A stretch of DNA of 64,000 bases from Candidatus Kuenenia stuttgartensis (GTDB taxonomy: Bacteria; Planctomycetota; JAKEIC01; DYIT01). The stretch is taken from the NCBI GenBank assembly GCA_020723505.1, contig DYIT01000004.1:14560-78559 (forward strand), written 5' to 3'. A program made the translations under genes and the position numbers. The notes under the pieces were generated by a model, which saw only the letters and a program-made list of their open reading frames with translations, was not told where the DNA came from and made no database searches. This document shows, one piece after another, positions 39,776-48,813 of the stretch. Positions within the stretch are counted from its first letter, which is position 1, and each line of letters starts with the position of its first letter.

Positions 39776-40828
39776 ATGCACGGAAAGAAATCGGACGACC
39801 TTGAACTGATCCGCGGAATGCCCAAGGCCGAGCTGCACATACACATCGAGGGGGCGTACAGGTGGGGCACAATCAGGGAGCTTCACCCTCGCGGATCGTC
39901 GTTTCCCTCTTCGCCGCCGTGGCTTGCGAGCCACAATCCGTTTCCCGATTTCAACGACTTCAGGGCGGTCTTCATGGATTTCGTGAAGCCGTCCACCGGG
40001 ACGCGCGCGGCGATAATCCGCCACACGTTCGAGGTCATCGAGGATCTCGACCGCCAGCGCGTGAGATACGCGGAGCTCAACACGGGGCCGGTCTTCCACA
40101 CGGCGCTGGGGCTTCAAGTTCCGGAGGTTCTCGATGCGCTCGGCGAGGCAAAGAGGGCTGCGGATGCCGCTTTCCGAATCCGGACGGTCTTCGTTATGGG
40201 GCTGAACCGGCACGACCCCGTGGAAAAAGCGGGGGCGGCGTTCCGGGAAGCTGTTTCCGCCGCCGGCCCGGCGGGGTCCGGGCTGCTCTCGGGTTTCGAC
40301 ATCCAGGGCGACGAAAGACTGCCGCTTCCGGCGGAGTTCAATGCCATGGTGGAGGAGGCGCGGTCGCTCGGGATGAGAGTCAAGGGTCACGCGGGCGAAC
40401 TCGCCGGTCCGGAAAGCGTAAGGAGCATGGTTTTCGATTTGGGCGTGAGGCACGTGTCCCACGGCGTGCGCGCGGCCGAGGACCCTGCGCTCATGCGCAG
40501 CCTCGCCGAGTCGGGCGTGTTCCTGCATGTCTGCCCCACGTCGAACGTCATGCTCCATGCTGCGCCTTCCTACGAAGCTCACCAGCTGCGCGTTCTGTAC
40601 GAGGCCGGCGTGAAGGTCACGATTAACTCGGATGATCCGCTGCTGTTCGGGTCTTCAATCACGGACGAATACATCCATGCGCGCACGCGCATGGGATTTT
40701 CCATGGCCGATCTGAGAAGGATGGCCGCATGGGCGTTCGAGGCTTCGCTGCTTCCCGAGGACGAGAAGGCGGGCTTCATTGGGGAATTAAGGGGGGCTGG
40801 AACCGGAAGTCCCGGGTCCGGCGTCTGA
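39776..40828 (+). CDS. add: Adenosine deaminase
   Basis: Metal and catalytic motifs ELHIHIEGA, GHAGE and INSDDP in the canonical order and spacing. 350 aa. Confidence 0.9.
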   Translation: MHGKKSDDLELIRGMPKAELHIHIEGAYRWGTIRELHPRGSSFPSSPPWLASHNPFPDFNDFRAVFMDFVKPSTGTRAAIIRHTFEVIEDLDRQRVRYAELNTGPVFHTALGLQVPEVLDALGEAKRAADAAFRIRTVFVMGLNRHDPVEKAGAAFREAVSAAGPAGSGLLSGFDIQGDERLPLPAEFNAMVEEARSLGMRVKGHAGELAGPESVRSMVFDLGVRHVSHGVRAAEDPALMRSLAESGVFLHVCPTSNVMLHAAPSYEAHQLRVLYEAGVKVTINSDDPLLFGSSITDEYIHARTRMGFSMADLRRMAAWAFEASLLPEDEKAGFIGELRGAGTGSPGSGV

Positions 40829-41040
40829 AGTCCAAGGCGAAGGACAAAGGCAATAGATTATCGGTAATCGGTATTTACTAATAAGTGCGAAATAGTTTTT
40901 GCCAGACCATGGCTTTCGACACCGACGACACTGAAAAAGAGCTGACCACGCTGAAGGGCGTGGGCGGTAGTTCGTCGAGCCGTCAGCCCGGACTCCGCCG
41001 AAAACCATCTCCGGCGGTCTTCATGCCGGGTCCGTTCGGT

Positions 41041-41919
41041 TCAGGGCTCGCGTAGGACGATTTTCTTCGCGTTGTGGAACAGGGCCACGCGCATTCCTGC
41101 GGGCATGGCCTTGGCTGCATTGCGGACCTTTTCCTCGATTTCCGCCGACTTGTAGCGCGTAGACACGTGTATCAGCATGACTGCGCCGACGCGGGCGTCG
41201 GCCGCGGTCCCAAGCGCTTCGTCGAGGGACGCGTGGACGTTGAACTCCCTGTCCTCCCCTGCGAGGAAGGTGGAATCGTGAATCAGGAACTCGGCTTCCA
41301 TGATGTCGGCGGGATCGAGGGCGAGCGAATCGCCGCTGTATGCCATCAGCACGTGTTCGTACTGCTCGGATACGGCCTCCCTCCCCTTCTCCTTCGCGAT
41401 GGCCGCGATTTCCCTCTCGCTCAAGCCGTTGAGCCCGCTCTTGAGCCTCGTCCGCTTTTCAACCAGCTTGTATCCGAGGGTTGTCTGGTTCCTGACATGC
41501 CTGGTCCTGAACGCTTGTATCGTCCACGACCCGGATCCCGCGGCGAGCGGGACGCCTTCGCCGTGGGATAGGCCCTTCCACGAGAGCTCGTAGCCCAGCC
41601 CGCGGGCGAGATGCAGTATGTACTCCCTCTGGAGCTGCACGTACGGGTCGCCGGCGGGGTGGAACACTTCGAGCGGCAGGGTTTTCTCGCCCATGGCGGA
41701 GTTCCTCGCCAGGACGATACCGGGAAGCCCTCCGATGTGGTCGTGATGGCCGTGGGTGAGAAAGACGGCGCGGACGCCGAATACCGTATTCGCGAGCCTT
41801 GACGCCGCGCCCTCGCCCGCGTCGAGCATGATGCCCGCCGGGGGGTAGTAGAACCAGGTGGAATACATGGCTTTCGAGAAGCCGCGGAGGTTCTCGAAGA
41901 TGTCCTGGGGAAGGCTCAC
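41041..41919 (-). CDS. MBL-fold metallo-hydrolase (RNase Z/BN-like)
   Basis: HxHxDH motif THGHHDHIGG, later His/Asp ligands, 292 aa. 4-nt overlap with the upstream AIM24-family gene. Confidence 0.75.
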   Translation of the reverse strand: MSLPQDIFENLRGFSKAMYSTWFYYPPAGIMLDAGEGAASRLANTVFGVRAVFLTHGHHDHIGGLPGIVLARNSAMGEKTLPLEVFHPAGDPYVQLQREYILHLARGLGYELSWKGLSHGEGVPLAAGSGSWTIQAFRTRHVRNQTTLGYKLVEKRTRLKSGLNGLSEREIAAIAKEKGREAVSEQYEHVLMAYSGDSLALDPADIMEAEFLIHDSTFLAGEDREFNVHASLDEALGTAADARVGAVMLIHVSTRYKSAEIEEKVRNAAKAMPAGMRVALFHNAKKIVLREP

Positions 41920-42581
41920 GATTCTCCCCTGGCGGCCTTGGCCTGGAGGACGCGCTTCAGGGACTGGACGAACACCTTTCCAGGGCCGGTGAGTTTCGTC
42001 ATGAACACGCCTTCGCCGCCGAAGATCATCTTTAGGCAGCCGCCGACGCTCGTGACGCTGTAGTCCACGGTCGCCTGGAAGGCCGCGAGGTTGCCGGTCG
42101 AGACAAGGATGCTCTCCCCGGGTTTGAGGTCGTACTCAACGAGATCGCCTGCGACCGAGAGGAAAGCCAGGCCGTTGCCCTTGAGGTGCTGGAGCAGGAG
42201 TCCGCCTCCGCCGAAGAACATCGCGCCCGCGCGCCTCGCCATGGTGACGGATATGTCGATTTCGCCCACGGCGGCCAAAAAACCGCCGCGGAGCGCAACG
42301 AGGTCCCCTGCCTGGCCGAGGTTCCAGACGACCACCTTGCCCGGCGACCTCGACGCGAAGTTGATGCGGCCGGCGCTTTTCGCCGTGCAGTGCGTGAGCG
42401 TCAGCGACTCGCCCGAGAGCATGCGCGAGACCGTCTTGCCCATGCCGCCGGGGATTTTCAGCGTCCAGTCGATTGTGTCGTCGTAGGAGACAATCGACCC
42501 CTTCGACGCCCAGCAGCTCTCGCCCTGATCGAGTTCGAAGGAGAGGGTCTGGTTAATCACGCCTTCAATCTGGTATTTCAT
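41916..42581 (-). CDS. AIM24/TIGR00266-family protein (DUF124)
   Basis: MKYQIEG...LSFELDQGES...SGESL...FFGGGGLLLQHLKGNGLAFL...GESILVSTGNLAAF...DYSV...IFGGEGVFMTKLTGPGKVFVQSL follows the family pattern end to end. Confidence 0.75.
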   Translation of the reverse strand: MKYQIEGVINQTLSFELDQGESCWASKGSIVSYDDTIDWTLKIPGGMGKTVSRMLSGESLTLTHCTAKSAGRINFASRSPGKVVVWNLGQAGDLVALRGGFLAAVGEIDISVTMARRAGAMFFGGGGLLLQHLKGNGLAFLSVAGDLVEYDLKPGESILVSTGNLAAFQATVDYSVTSVGGCLKMIFGGEGVFMTKLTGPGKVFVQSLKRVLQAKAARGES

Positions 42582-42583
42582 GT

Positions 42584-43264
42584 TCAGCTCGGAATCATTT
42601 CCAGCAGTTTGAAAATGCCCTTCACGGTCTTGGGCTCACGCTTTATATTCTGCACCAGCACCTTGCCTGGACCTTCCATGCGGGTCATGAAAATCCCTTC
42701 GCCGCCGAATATCATCTTGAAGCACCCTCCGACGCCCTTGATGCTGTAGTCGACGGTCGTGGCGAACGCGGCGAGGTTGCCGGTCGAGACCAGGATCGAC
42801 TGGCCGGCGGCGAGGTCGTAGTCGATTAGGTCGCCCTGGACCGAAATGAATGCGCGGCCAGTGCCGGAAATGGTCTGCAGCAGAAGGCCGGCGCCGCCGA
42901 ATAGGGCCGCCAGGGGATTGCGCGCGATGTTCACGTCTATCGAGACGTCGCCGACGGCGGCGAGGAAGTTGTGCTTCAGGGTGGTGACCGGCCCCTTGGT
43001 CAAATCCCAGTCGTAGATGAGCGACGGCCTGTGGCAGGCCAGCTGCAGCCTCCCCCTGGCTTCGGCGACGACTTTCAGCAGGAATACGGATTCGCCGGAG
43101 AGGCGCCTCGAGACAATCTTGAGGGGGCCGCCCGGGATGCGCGGGGACCAGTCAACGCCTTCGGTGAAGCTCATCAGGGCGTTCTTGGCCGCCCAGAGCC
43201 GCTCGCCGGGCTCGAGGTCGAAGGACACCACCTGATTGAGGATTCCTGCTATTCCGTATTGCAT
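42584..43264 (-). CDS. AIM24/TIGR00266-family protein, tandem paralogue
   Basis: MQYGIAG...VSFDLEPGER...SGESVFLL...LFGGAGLLLQTISGTGRAFI...GQSILVSTGNLAAF...DYSI...IFGGEGIFMTRMEGPGKVLVQNI. 2-nt gap to the downstream paralogue. Confidence 0.75.
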   Translation of the reverse strand: MQYGIAGILNQVVSFDLEPGERLWAAKNALMSFTEGVDWSPRIPGGPLKIVSRRLSGESVFLLKVVAEARGRLQLACHRPSLIYDWDLTKGPVTTLKHNFLAAVGDVSIDVNIARNPLAALFGGAGLLLQTISGTGRAFISVQGDLIDYDLAAGQSILVSTGNLAAFATTVDYSIKGVGGCFKMIFGGEGIFMTRMEGPGKVLVQNIKREPKTVKGIFKLLEMIPS

Positions 43265-43273
43265 GGGCGCCGG

Positions 43274-43786
43274 TCAAAACCTCTGCCAGGCGTTCGTGTT
43301 CATGGATCCGGGGCTCAGGAGGCTGAATATGAACAGCCCGACCCCGAGGATGATGCCGATTATACTGCAGATGATTCCCGCGATTGCGAGGCCCTTGCCC
43401 TTGTACATCTGCGGGTTCGAGGAAATCTGGGACAGGGCCACGGCCCCGAAAATGATGCCGGCGAGGCCGGGAATCACGCTGAATATGCTGCACAGGCAGC
43501 ACGGCAGGGTGAGGATTCCGGAAATGAGGGAAACAATGGCGAACGCGTTTGTCCTCTCCTCCTGCACGACATGCGCTCCGCCTTGAGGGTCGTAATAGCC
43601 GCCCTGCTGCGGCTGGGGCGGGGGCGGAGACCAGCTCTGCTGCCTCTGCGGGATGGGCGGCGGGCCTGCCTGAGGCCTTTGCGGAGGCGGGGGGCCGGGT
43701 CTGTTGGTCGACTCGATGGATCTGCCGCAGCTGCCGCAGAACCTCGAATCCTGGGGCAAATCCGCCCCGCAATTCGGGCAGTTCAT
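43274..43786 (-). CDS. Zinc-ribbon + Pro/Gln-rich linker + DUF4190-type two-helix membrane domain protein
   Basis: MNCPNCGADLPQDSRFCGSCG. A PPPPQRPQ-rich linker. C-terminal AIVSLISGILTL...GLAGIIFGAVALSQI...GKGLAIAGIICSIIGIILGVGLFIF is typical of DUF4190. Start at MNCPNCG; the ORF track extends to 43846. Confidence 0.65.
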   Translation of the reverse strand: MNCPNCGADLPQDSRFCGSCGRSIESTNRPGPPPPQRPQAGPPPIPQRQQSWSPPPPQPQQGGYYDPQGGAHVVQEERTNAFAIVSLISGILTLPCCLCSIFSVIPGLAGIIFGAVALSQISSNPQMYKGKGLAIAGIICSIIGIILGVGLFIFSLLSPGSMNTNAWQRF

Positions 43787-44075
43787 TCCATTTCCTCTCA
43801 AGCTGAAGAATTCGGCGGCATTATAGACCGGAAGGAGGCCGGACAACAGAAAAAATCAGTCGAAGAAGCTCCGAGCTTCCGAACATATGCGTCATGCGGG
43901 CAGGAGGATCGGTTTTCGGCATCCGCCACTGCACGGCGGAAAAAGCTTTTATTCGACCTGTCCGGCGGTTCTAATGGCGATTTCCTCTACGAAGCGGAGA
44001 GACGCAATGGCGCTCGGCAATGGCATCACGGATTGCGGCAAGGCCGGTGACGGAGCGGATTCCGGGTCCGCGAAG

Positions 44076-45398
44076 ATGGGTCTCCCTGCCTTCAAGCACG
44101 TCTCGCTCAAGGGCGGCGTGGACCTTCACGTCCTCGAGACGCGCAGGTTCAAGACCGTCCTCATCGAGGCCGTGATTTCGGAAGACCTCTCCGGGAACGC
44201 GTCCATGACCGCCCTCCTGCCTGCCGTGCTGCGCAGGGGAACCGCCGCCTTCGCGGACATGCAGGAGATGGCGAGGCATCTGGACAACCTCTACGGCGCC
44301 TCGTTCGGCGCGGACGTGCTGAAAATCGGCGAGAGGCTGATGCCGTACTTCAGGATGGAGTTCCCGTCTCCCGCGCTCGTGGATCCGTCGGCGAATCTGC
44401 TTGCCGAGGCGGTCGATTTCATGGCCGAGGTGATGCTCAAGCCCCGGATCGAGAACGGGGGATTCGTGTCCGAGTTCGTGGAAGGCGAGAAGGCGAATCT
44501 CATCAGCCAAATCAGGAGCCTGGTGACGGATTACGACCATTATGCCGCGCAGAAGTGCATAGAACACATGTGCCTCGGCGAACGTTTCGCCTTCTACGAG
44601 TACGGCACCGTGGAGGACGCGGAGAGAATCACTCCGGGCGCCCTCTACGACTACTACCGCGGCCTGGTCAGGACGAAGCCGATGGACGTGTATGCGGTCG
44701 GCGACCTGGACGCCGGCGCTCTGGCCGCGGAGATCGGCAAGGCGTTCAGGAGGAAGGGCTATTCGCCGGTTTCGCTCATGGACACGGAATTCATCCGGAC
44801 GGCCTCATCGGAGAAGACGTTCTTCGAGGAGATGCCCATAGAGCAGGCGAGGCTGGCGGTCGGATTCCGTACCGGCGTCAGGTACGCGGACCCGAACCTG
44901 ACGGCCCTGGTGTTCTACAACGGCATCTTCGGCGGATTCGCGTTCTCGAAGCTGTTCAAGATAGTGCGGGAACGGGAGGGGCTGGCGTATTTCGCCGGAT
45001 CGCAGCTCGAGAGGACGAAGGGAATAATGCTCGCGACGACCGGGATAGACGCTGCGAACTTCGACCGCGTGATGGAGCTGGTGCGCGGGATTGTAGGATC
45101 CATGGCGGACGGGGACATCTCGGAGGAGGAGATGGAAAGCGCGCGCGCGAGGCTGATGTCGAGGTTCAACTCCACGGCCGATTCGCAGACGGCGCTCATA
45201 AACATGCACCTCGAGGGGATGGTCAACCGGCACCACGTGGACGTGGCGGACGTGCTCGAGGCAATCGGGAATGTGACGGTCGGCGACGTCGTATCGGTCG
45301 CCAGGGGAGTGAAGATGGACACCGCGTTCCTCCTGAGGCCGAAAACGGGCGCGGACGGCCCGTCCAGGCGTCAGCCCGGCGGATGCGGAGGGCCTTGA
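44076..45398 (+). CDS. M16-family (pitrilysin/insulinase-like) peptidase subunit lacking the HxxEH zinc motif (probably the non-catalytic partner)
   Basis: Two-domain M16 layout by length and conserved hydrophobic pattern, with no HxxEH. Start at MGLPAFKHVSL is uncertain (alternatives at 44007 or 43887). Confidence 0.7.
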   Translation: MGLPAFKHVSLKGGVDLHVLETRRFKTVLIEAVISEDLSGNASMTALLPAVLRRGTAAFADMQEMARHLDNLYGASFGADVLKIGERLMPYFRMEFPSPALVDPSANLLAEAVDFMAEVMLKPRIENGGFVSEFVEGEKANLISQIRSLVTDYDHYAAQKCIEHMCLGERFAFYEYGTVEDAERITPGALYDYYRGLVRTKPMDVYAVGDLDAGALAAEIGKAFRRKGYSPVSLMDTEFIRTASSEKTFFEEMPIEQARLAVGFRTGVRYADPNLTALVFYNGIFGGFAFSKLFKIVREREGLAYFAGSQLERTKGIMLATTGIDAANFDRVMELVRGIVGSMADGDISEEEMESARARLMSRFNSTADSQTALINMHLEGMVNRHHVDVADVLEAIGNVTVGDVVSVARGVKMDTAFLLRPKTGADGPSRRQPGGCGGP

Positions 45399-45446
45399 GG
45401 TCGCGTCCGAGAACCCCGCGCGCGGTCCGCTCGCATGCGGGGCTGA

Positions 45447-46757
45447 TTGAGAGGCCGAATGGAAGCAACCGTCGAGAGATCGGAGAGGCTTTCGGAGGAG
45501 TACTCGTTCGCGAGGCTCCCGTCCGGGCTCGGCGTCTGGTACATTCCCAGGAAGGGATTCGCGAAGAAGGTCGCGATTCTGTCGGTGCGGTTCGGGTCTA
45601 TCCACGAGGCGTTCTCGGGCGACGGGTCGGGCGGAATCACCCGGGTGCCGGCGGGAACCGCGCACTTCCTCGAGCACAGGATTTTCGAGACGGGGCACGG
45701 GGACGCCTTCGACCTGTTCGAGAGGCTCGGCGCGAGCTCGAACGCGGCGACCGGGCACACCACCACCACCTACTTCTTCTCCTGCACCGAGAACTTCTAC
45801 AAGTCGCTCGAGATTCTCCTCGGGTTTCTCGACAGAATCGTAGTGGACGAAGGGATGGTGGAGCGGGAGAAGAAGATCATCATCCAGGAGATCCTCGGAT
45901 ACCAGGATTCGCCGGACTGGCAGGGATTCATGGGCATATTGCAGGGCCTGTACTGGACGCATCCCGTGAGGCTGGATATATCGGGCACGGTCGAGTCGGT
46001 GGCCGGGATTGACGCGGACGCGCTCAGGCTGTGCTATTCGGCCTTCTACCATCCCTCGAACGTGGACCTTTTCGTGAGCGGGGACCTCGACATGGACGAG
46101 CTGCTCGAGTTCGTGGGAAGGACGCATTCCTCCCCGAGGCCGAAGACGGAGGCGAGGCCGGTCGGCCACGACGAGTCAACGGGCGCATGCATCCGGTACG
46201 GCCGCAAGTTCATGCCGGTGCCGAAGCCGAGGCTCCATATCGGGTTCAAGGAGCTTCAGAACGGGCTTCTGGGCGAGGATCTGTTCAGGAGGAACCTGGC
46301 GACCAACATGCTCCTGTACGCCATGTTCGGAGCGTCGTCGGACTTCTACATGACGCACTACAGGTCCGGACTGATTGACACGAGCTTTTCCGCGTCTTTC
46401 CGCGGGGAAGCGGAGTTCGCCTACACGGTGGTCTCGGCCGAGACCGACTCGCCCGGGAGGCTGAAGGACGCGGTTCTCGACAGGATAGCGGAGGCGAGGA
46501 GGGAAGGCGTTCCGGCCGCGGACATCGCTCGGGCGGCCAGGAGGTTCAAGGGGAGGTTCCTCAAGAACTTCAACTCGCCGGAGTCCGCCGCGTTCTCGCT
46601 CATGTTCTACGCGCAGAAGGGGGCTTCGCCCTTCTCCTTCGAGCATGTGCTGGACGTAATCGACGCCGGCGATATCAAGTCGCGGGCCATAGAGCACTTC
46701 GATTTCGCGAACCAGTCGGTGTTCGTAGTGTCGGGAAATCCGGACGAGCACGAGTAG
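45447..46757 (+). CDS. M16-family zinc peptidase with an intact HxxEH motif
   Basis: GTAHFLEHRIFE inverted zinc-binding motif, with a downstream Glu region (EKKIIIQEI). 436 aa. Follows the inactive-type paralogue by 48 nt. Confidence 0.8.
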   Translation: MRGRMEATVERSERLSEEYSFARLPSGLGVWYIPRKGFAKKVAILSVRFGSIHEAFSGDGSGGITRVPAGTAHFLEHRIFETGHGDAFDLFERLGASSNAATGHTTTTYFFSCTENFYKSLEILLGFLDRIVVDEGMVEREKKIIIQEILGYQDSPDWQGFMGILQGLYWTHPVRLDISGTVESVAGIDADALRLCYSAFYHPSNVDLFVSGDLDMDELLEFVGRTHSSPRPKTEARPVGHDESTGACIRYGRKFMPVPKPRLHIGFKELQNGLLGEDLFRRNLATNMLLYAMFGASSDFYMTHYRSGLIDTSFSASFRGEAEFAYTVVSAETDSPGRLKDAVLDRIAEARREGVPAADIARAARRFKGRFLKNFNSPESAAFSLMFYAQKGASPFSFEHVLDVIDAGDIKSRAIEHFDFANQSVFVVSGNPDEHE

Positions 46758-46778
46758 GGGAGGTTCGCGAACCGCCCC
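46757..46778. terminator. Palindrome between the convergent M16 peptidase and dinB genes
   Basis: GGGGAGGTTCGCGAACCGCCCC, containing the perfect palindrome GGTTCGCGAACC. It abuts both stop codons. No T-tracts. Confidence 0.45.
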
Positions 46779-47989
46779 TACTTCGTCAGGCATGGCGTGC
46801 GAAGGACGAAGCCGTGGCAGTCGCGGGTGAGTAGCGCAAGGAGGCCGAGGGACCTGCCTGCAACGACCGCGGAGTGGCCGTGGCGGCCGCGGATTTCGTC
46901 GAGGGCACGATAGAGCGCCGCTCTGCGCTGCTCCCCGCCATGCGAGAAGAAATCGAGCTGGCACCCTCCGGAGTCGCGCGAAAAGCCTGAGATAGCCACG
47001 CCGACGAGCCTCAGGTTCGCCCTCCTCCCCAGCAGGCGCCTGAGCAGCGAGAGGGCTGCGCCGAAAATGACGTCGTCGCGCTGCGTCGGGGCGTCAAGGA
47101 CTTCGCGCTTTTCGTCCCCGCGCAGATCGGAGAAGCGGACCTTCACCGAAACCGCGGACGCGGCGAGTCTCAGCCTGCGCGCCTCCCTCCCCGCCCTCTC
47201 GCAGAGGTAGAACAGCATTCCCTCGATTTCGGCGGAATCGGAGGTCTCCACGTGGAAGGTCGTCTCGCGCGAGATGCTCCCGGGGATTTCCCGCTCTTCG
47301 CAAGCGGACTTCTCGATTCCCCTGCAAAGGTCGTACAGCTTCCTCCCTCGCACGCCGAAGACCGCGCACAGCGCCTCCGCCCCCATCATTCTAAGCTCCC
47401 CGACCGTGCGGACGTTGAACTTCTCGAGAGCGCGACGGGTCGCGAATCCCACGCCGGGAATCGCTCCCACCGGCATCGGGGTCATCATCTCGAAGAGCTC
47501 CTCCCTGGACACCGCCCGCACTCCGCCGGGCTTCACTGTCTTTCCGGCGATTTTCGCCGCCATCCGGCCCGGGCCAATCCCCACCGTGACCGACAGGCCG
47601 GACCTCCTCATCACTTCCGCGCGGACGCGCCTGCCGAACTCCAGGAGCTTTTCCGGGGGAACCCCCGAGCCTTCCATATTGCAGTACGCCTCGTCGAGAT
47701 GGGTTTCCACATGCGGGAAGAACGACTCGAGCGCGGAAAACACCTTGGCCGCATGGGAAGCATAGACGTGCCGGTCGCCCGGAATCACCACAGCCCCAGG
47801 ACACAGGCGCGTAGCGTCGCGAATCGGCATTCCCGCATGAAGCCCATGACTCCTCGCCTCGTACGAGCATGAGGCGATCACCCCCGCTCCCACTATCACG
47901 GGCTTTCCGCGCAGCGGGGGATTGAGCAGCTGCTCGACCGACGCGAAAAACGCGTCGATGTCGCTGTGGAGCACATTGCCGGCGCTCAT
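46778..47989 (-). CDS. dinB: DNA polymerase IV (Y-family)
   Basis: VLHSDIDAFFASVEQ..NP.LRGKPVIVG, SYEAR..G...GMP, DEAY and the little-finger region. Start at MSAGNVLHSDIDAFF; the ORF track extends to 48028. Confidence 0.9.
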   Translation of the reverse strand: MSAGNVLHSDIDAFFASVEQLLNPPLRGKPVIVGAGVIASCSYEARSHGLHAGMPIRDATRLCPGAVVIPGDRHVYASHAAKVFSALESFFPHVETHLDEAYCNMEGSGVPPEKLLEFGRRVRAEVMRRSGLSVTVGIGPGRMAAKIAGKTVKPGGVRAVSREELFEMMTPMPVGAIPGVGFATRRALEKFNVRTVGELRMMGAEALCAVFGVRGRKLYDLCRGIEKSACEEREIPGSISRETTFHVETSDSAEIEGMLFYLCERAGREARRLRLAASAVSVKVRFSDLRGDEKREVLDAPTQRDDVIFGAALSLLRRLLGRRANLRLVGVAISGFSRDSGGCQLDFFSHGGEQRRAALYRALDEIRGRHGHSAVVAGRSLGLLALLTRDCHGFVLRTPCLTK

Positions 47990-48267
47990 CCCATCCAAAC
48001 CCCAAATCCTAACGCAGCAGAGCCGCAACCCCTGCTTCGCTTAAGAGCCTTGATGAAGCTACGCAGGGCTTCGCGAAGGCTAATCGCGTTAAATCCCAAC
48101 CACCAATAGCCAAATCCCAATGAAATCCCAACCTCCAATTTCCAATGAAGTTACGGGCTCAACGCTATGAATGTTCTACACCCTGTGGGAGGCGAATGTC
48201 CCGAGCAGCGTCGAGGGACTTCGCCGATTGCTTGCGCTCTCAATTTACATGGGATGCGCAATCCCGG

Positions 48268-48522
48268 TCATTGGAACGCCACGCAGGTGAGCCGCCAGCA
48301 GGCCTCGCCCGGCCTGAAAGCCACCTGGAACACGTCTCCGGAGTCGACCGTCAGCGAGAAGCAGAAAATCCTGTACAGTCCTTCGCGGTCCTCCCACCTG
48401 CCGTTGACTTGCATCACCCTGAAGGTCTTGGCCCCGCGCTTGAGGATGATTGGGTTGATGGTGCCGCCTTCGTTGAAATCGGCCCGCACCTTGATGGCTT
48501 CGTCGGTTTTCTCGATTTGCAT
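48268..48522 (-). CDS. Small hypothetical protein (84 aa) upstream of and co-oriented with dinB
   Basis: Balanced amino-acid composition. Directly downstream of a consensus sigma70-type promoter with a GAGGCAGGGG RBS. No family recognised. Confidence 0.5.
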   Translation of the reverse strand: MQIEKTDEAIKVRADFNEGGTINPIILKRGAKTFRVMQVNGRWEDREGLYRIFCFSLTVDSGDVFQVAFRPGEACWRLTCVAFQ

Positions 48523-48550
48523 GCCCCTGCCTCAATCTCATCACAACAGC

Positions 48551-48579
48551 ATTATATCCTACAAAGATACTAAAGTCAA
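48551..48579 (-). promoter_or_regulatory. Near-consensus sigma70-type promoter (TTGACT-17 nt-TATAAT) driving the 84-aa gene and probably dinB
   Basis: Minus strand reads TTGACT (48579-48574), a 17-nt spacer ttagtatctttgtagga, then TATAAT (48556-48551), about 28 nt upstream of the ATG at 48522. Confidence 0.6.
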
Positions 48580-48813
48580 GTAATAAACCTAAAAATATAC
48601 TAAGTATAGGGGGAGCATCAGAGCAAAGCATCGATGAGCCGGGCGAGCCGGAATCCAATGGTAATCCGCTTCGGGTCCGGGAACGGAATGCCGAGATTTT
48701 TTTTCTATTTTTTCGCCGTTTTGTTCGTATGGAAAAAAAGAGGACTTTATACTAATATATTAGTGACAAGGTATCCCCGCTTTGGGTCCGGTAAGTTGTT
48801 GGGGGATTGGAAG

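Noticed and set aside
48091-48147. Three AAATCCCAA motifs with CCAAT-rich filler between the 84-aa gene and dinB
   Set aside because: The repeat is short and degenerate, with low complexity and no palindromic or phased structure. I cannot distinguish a binding array from chance.
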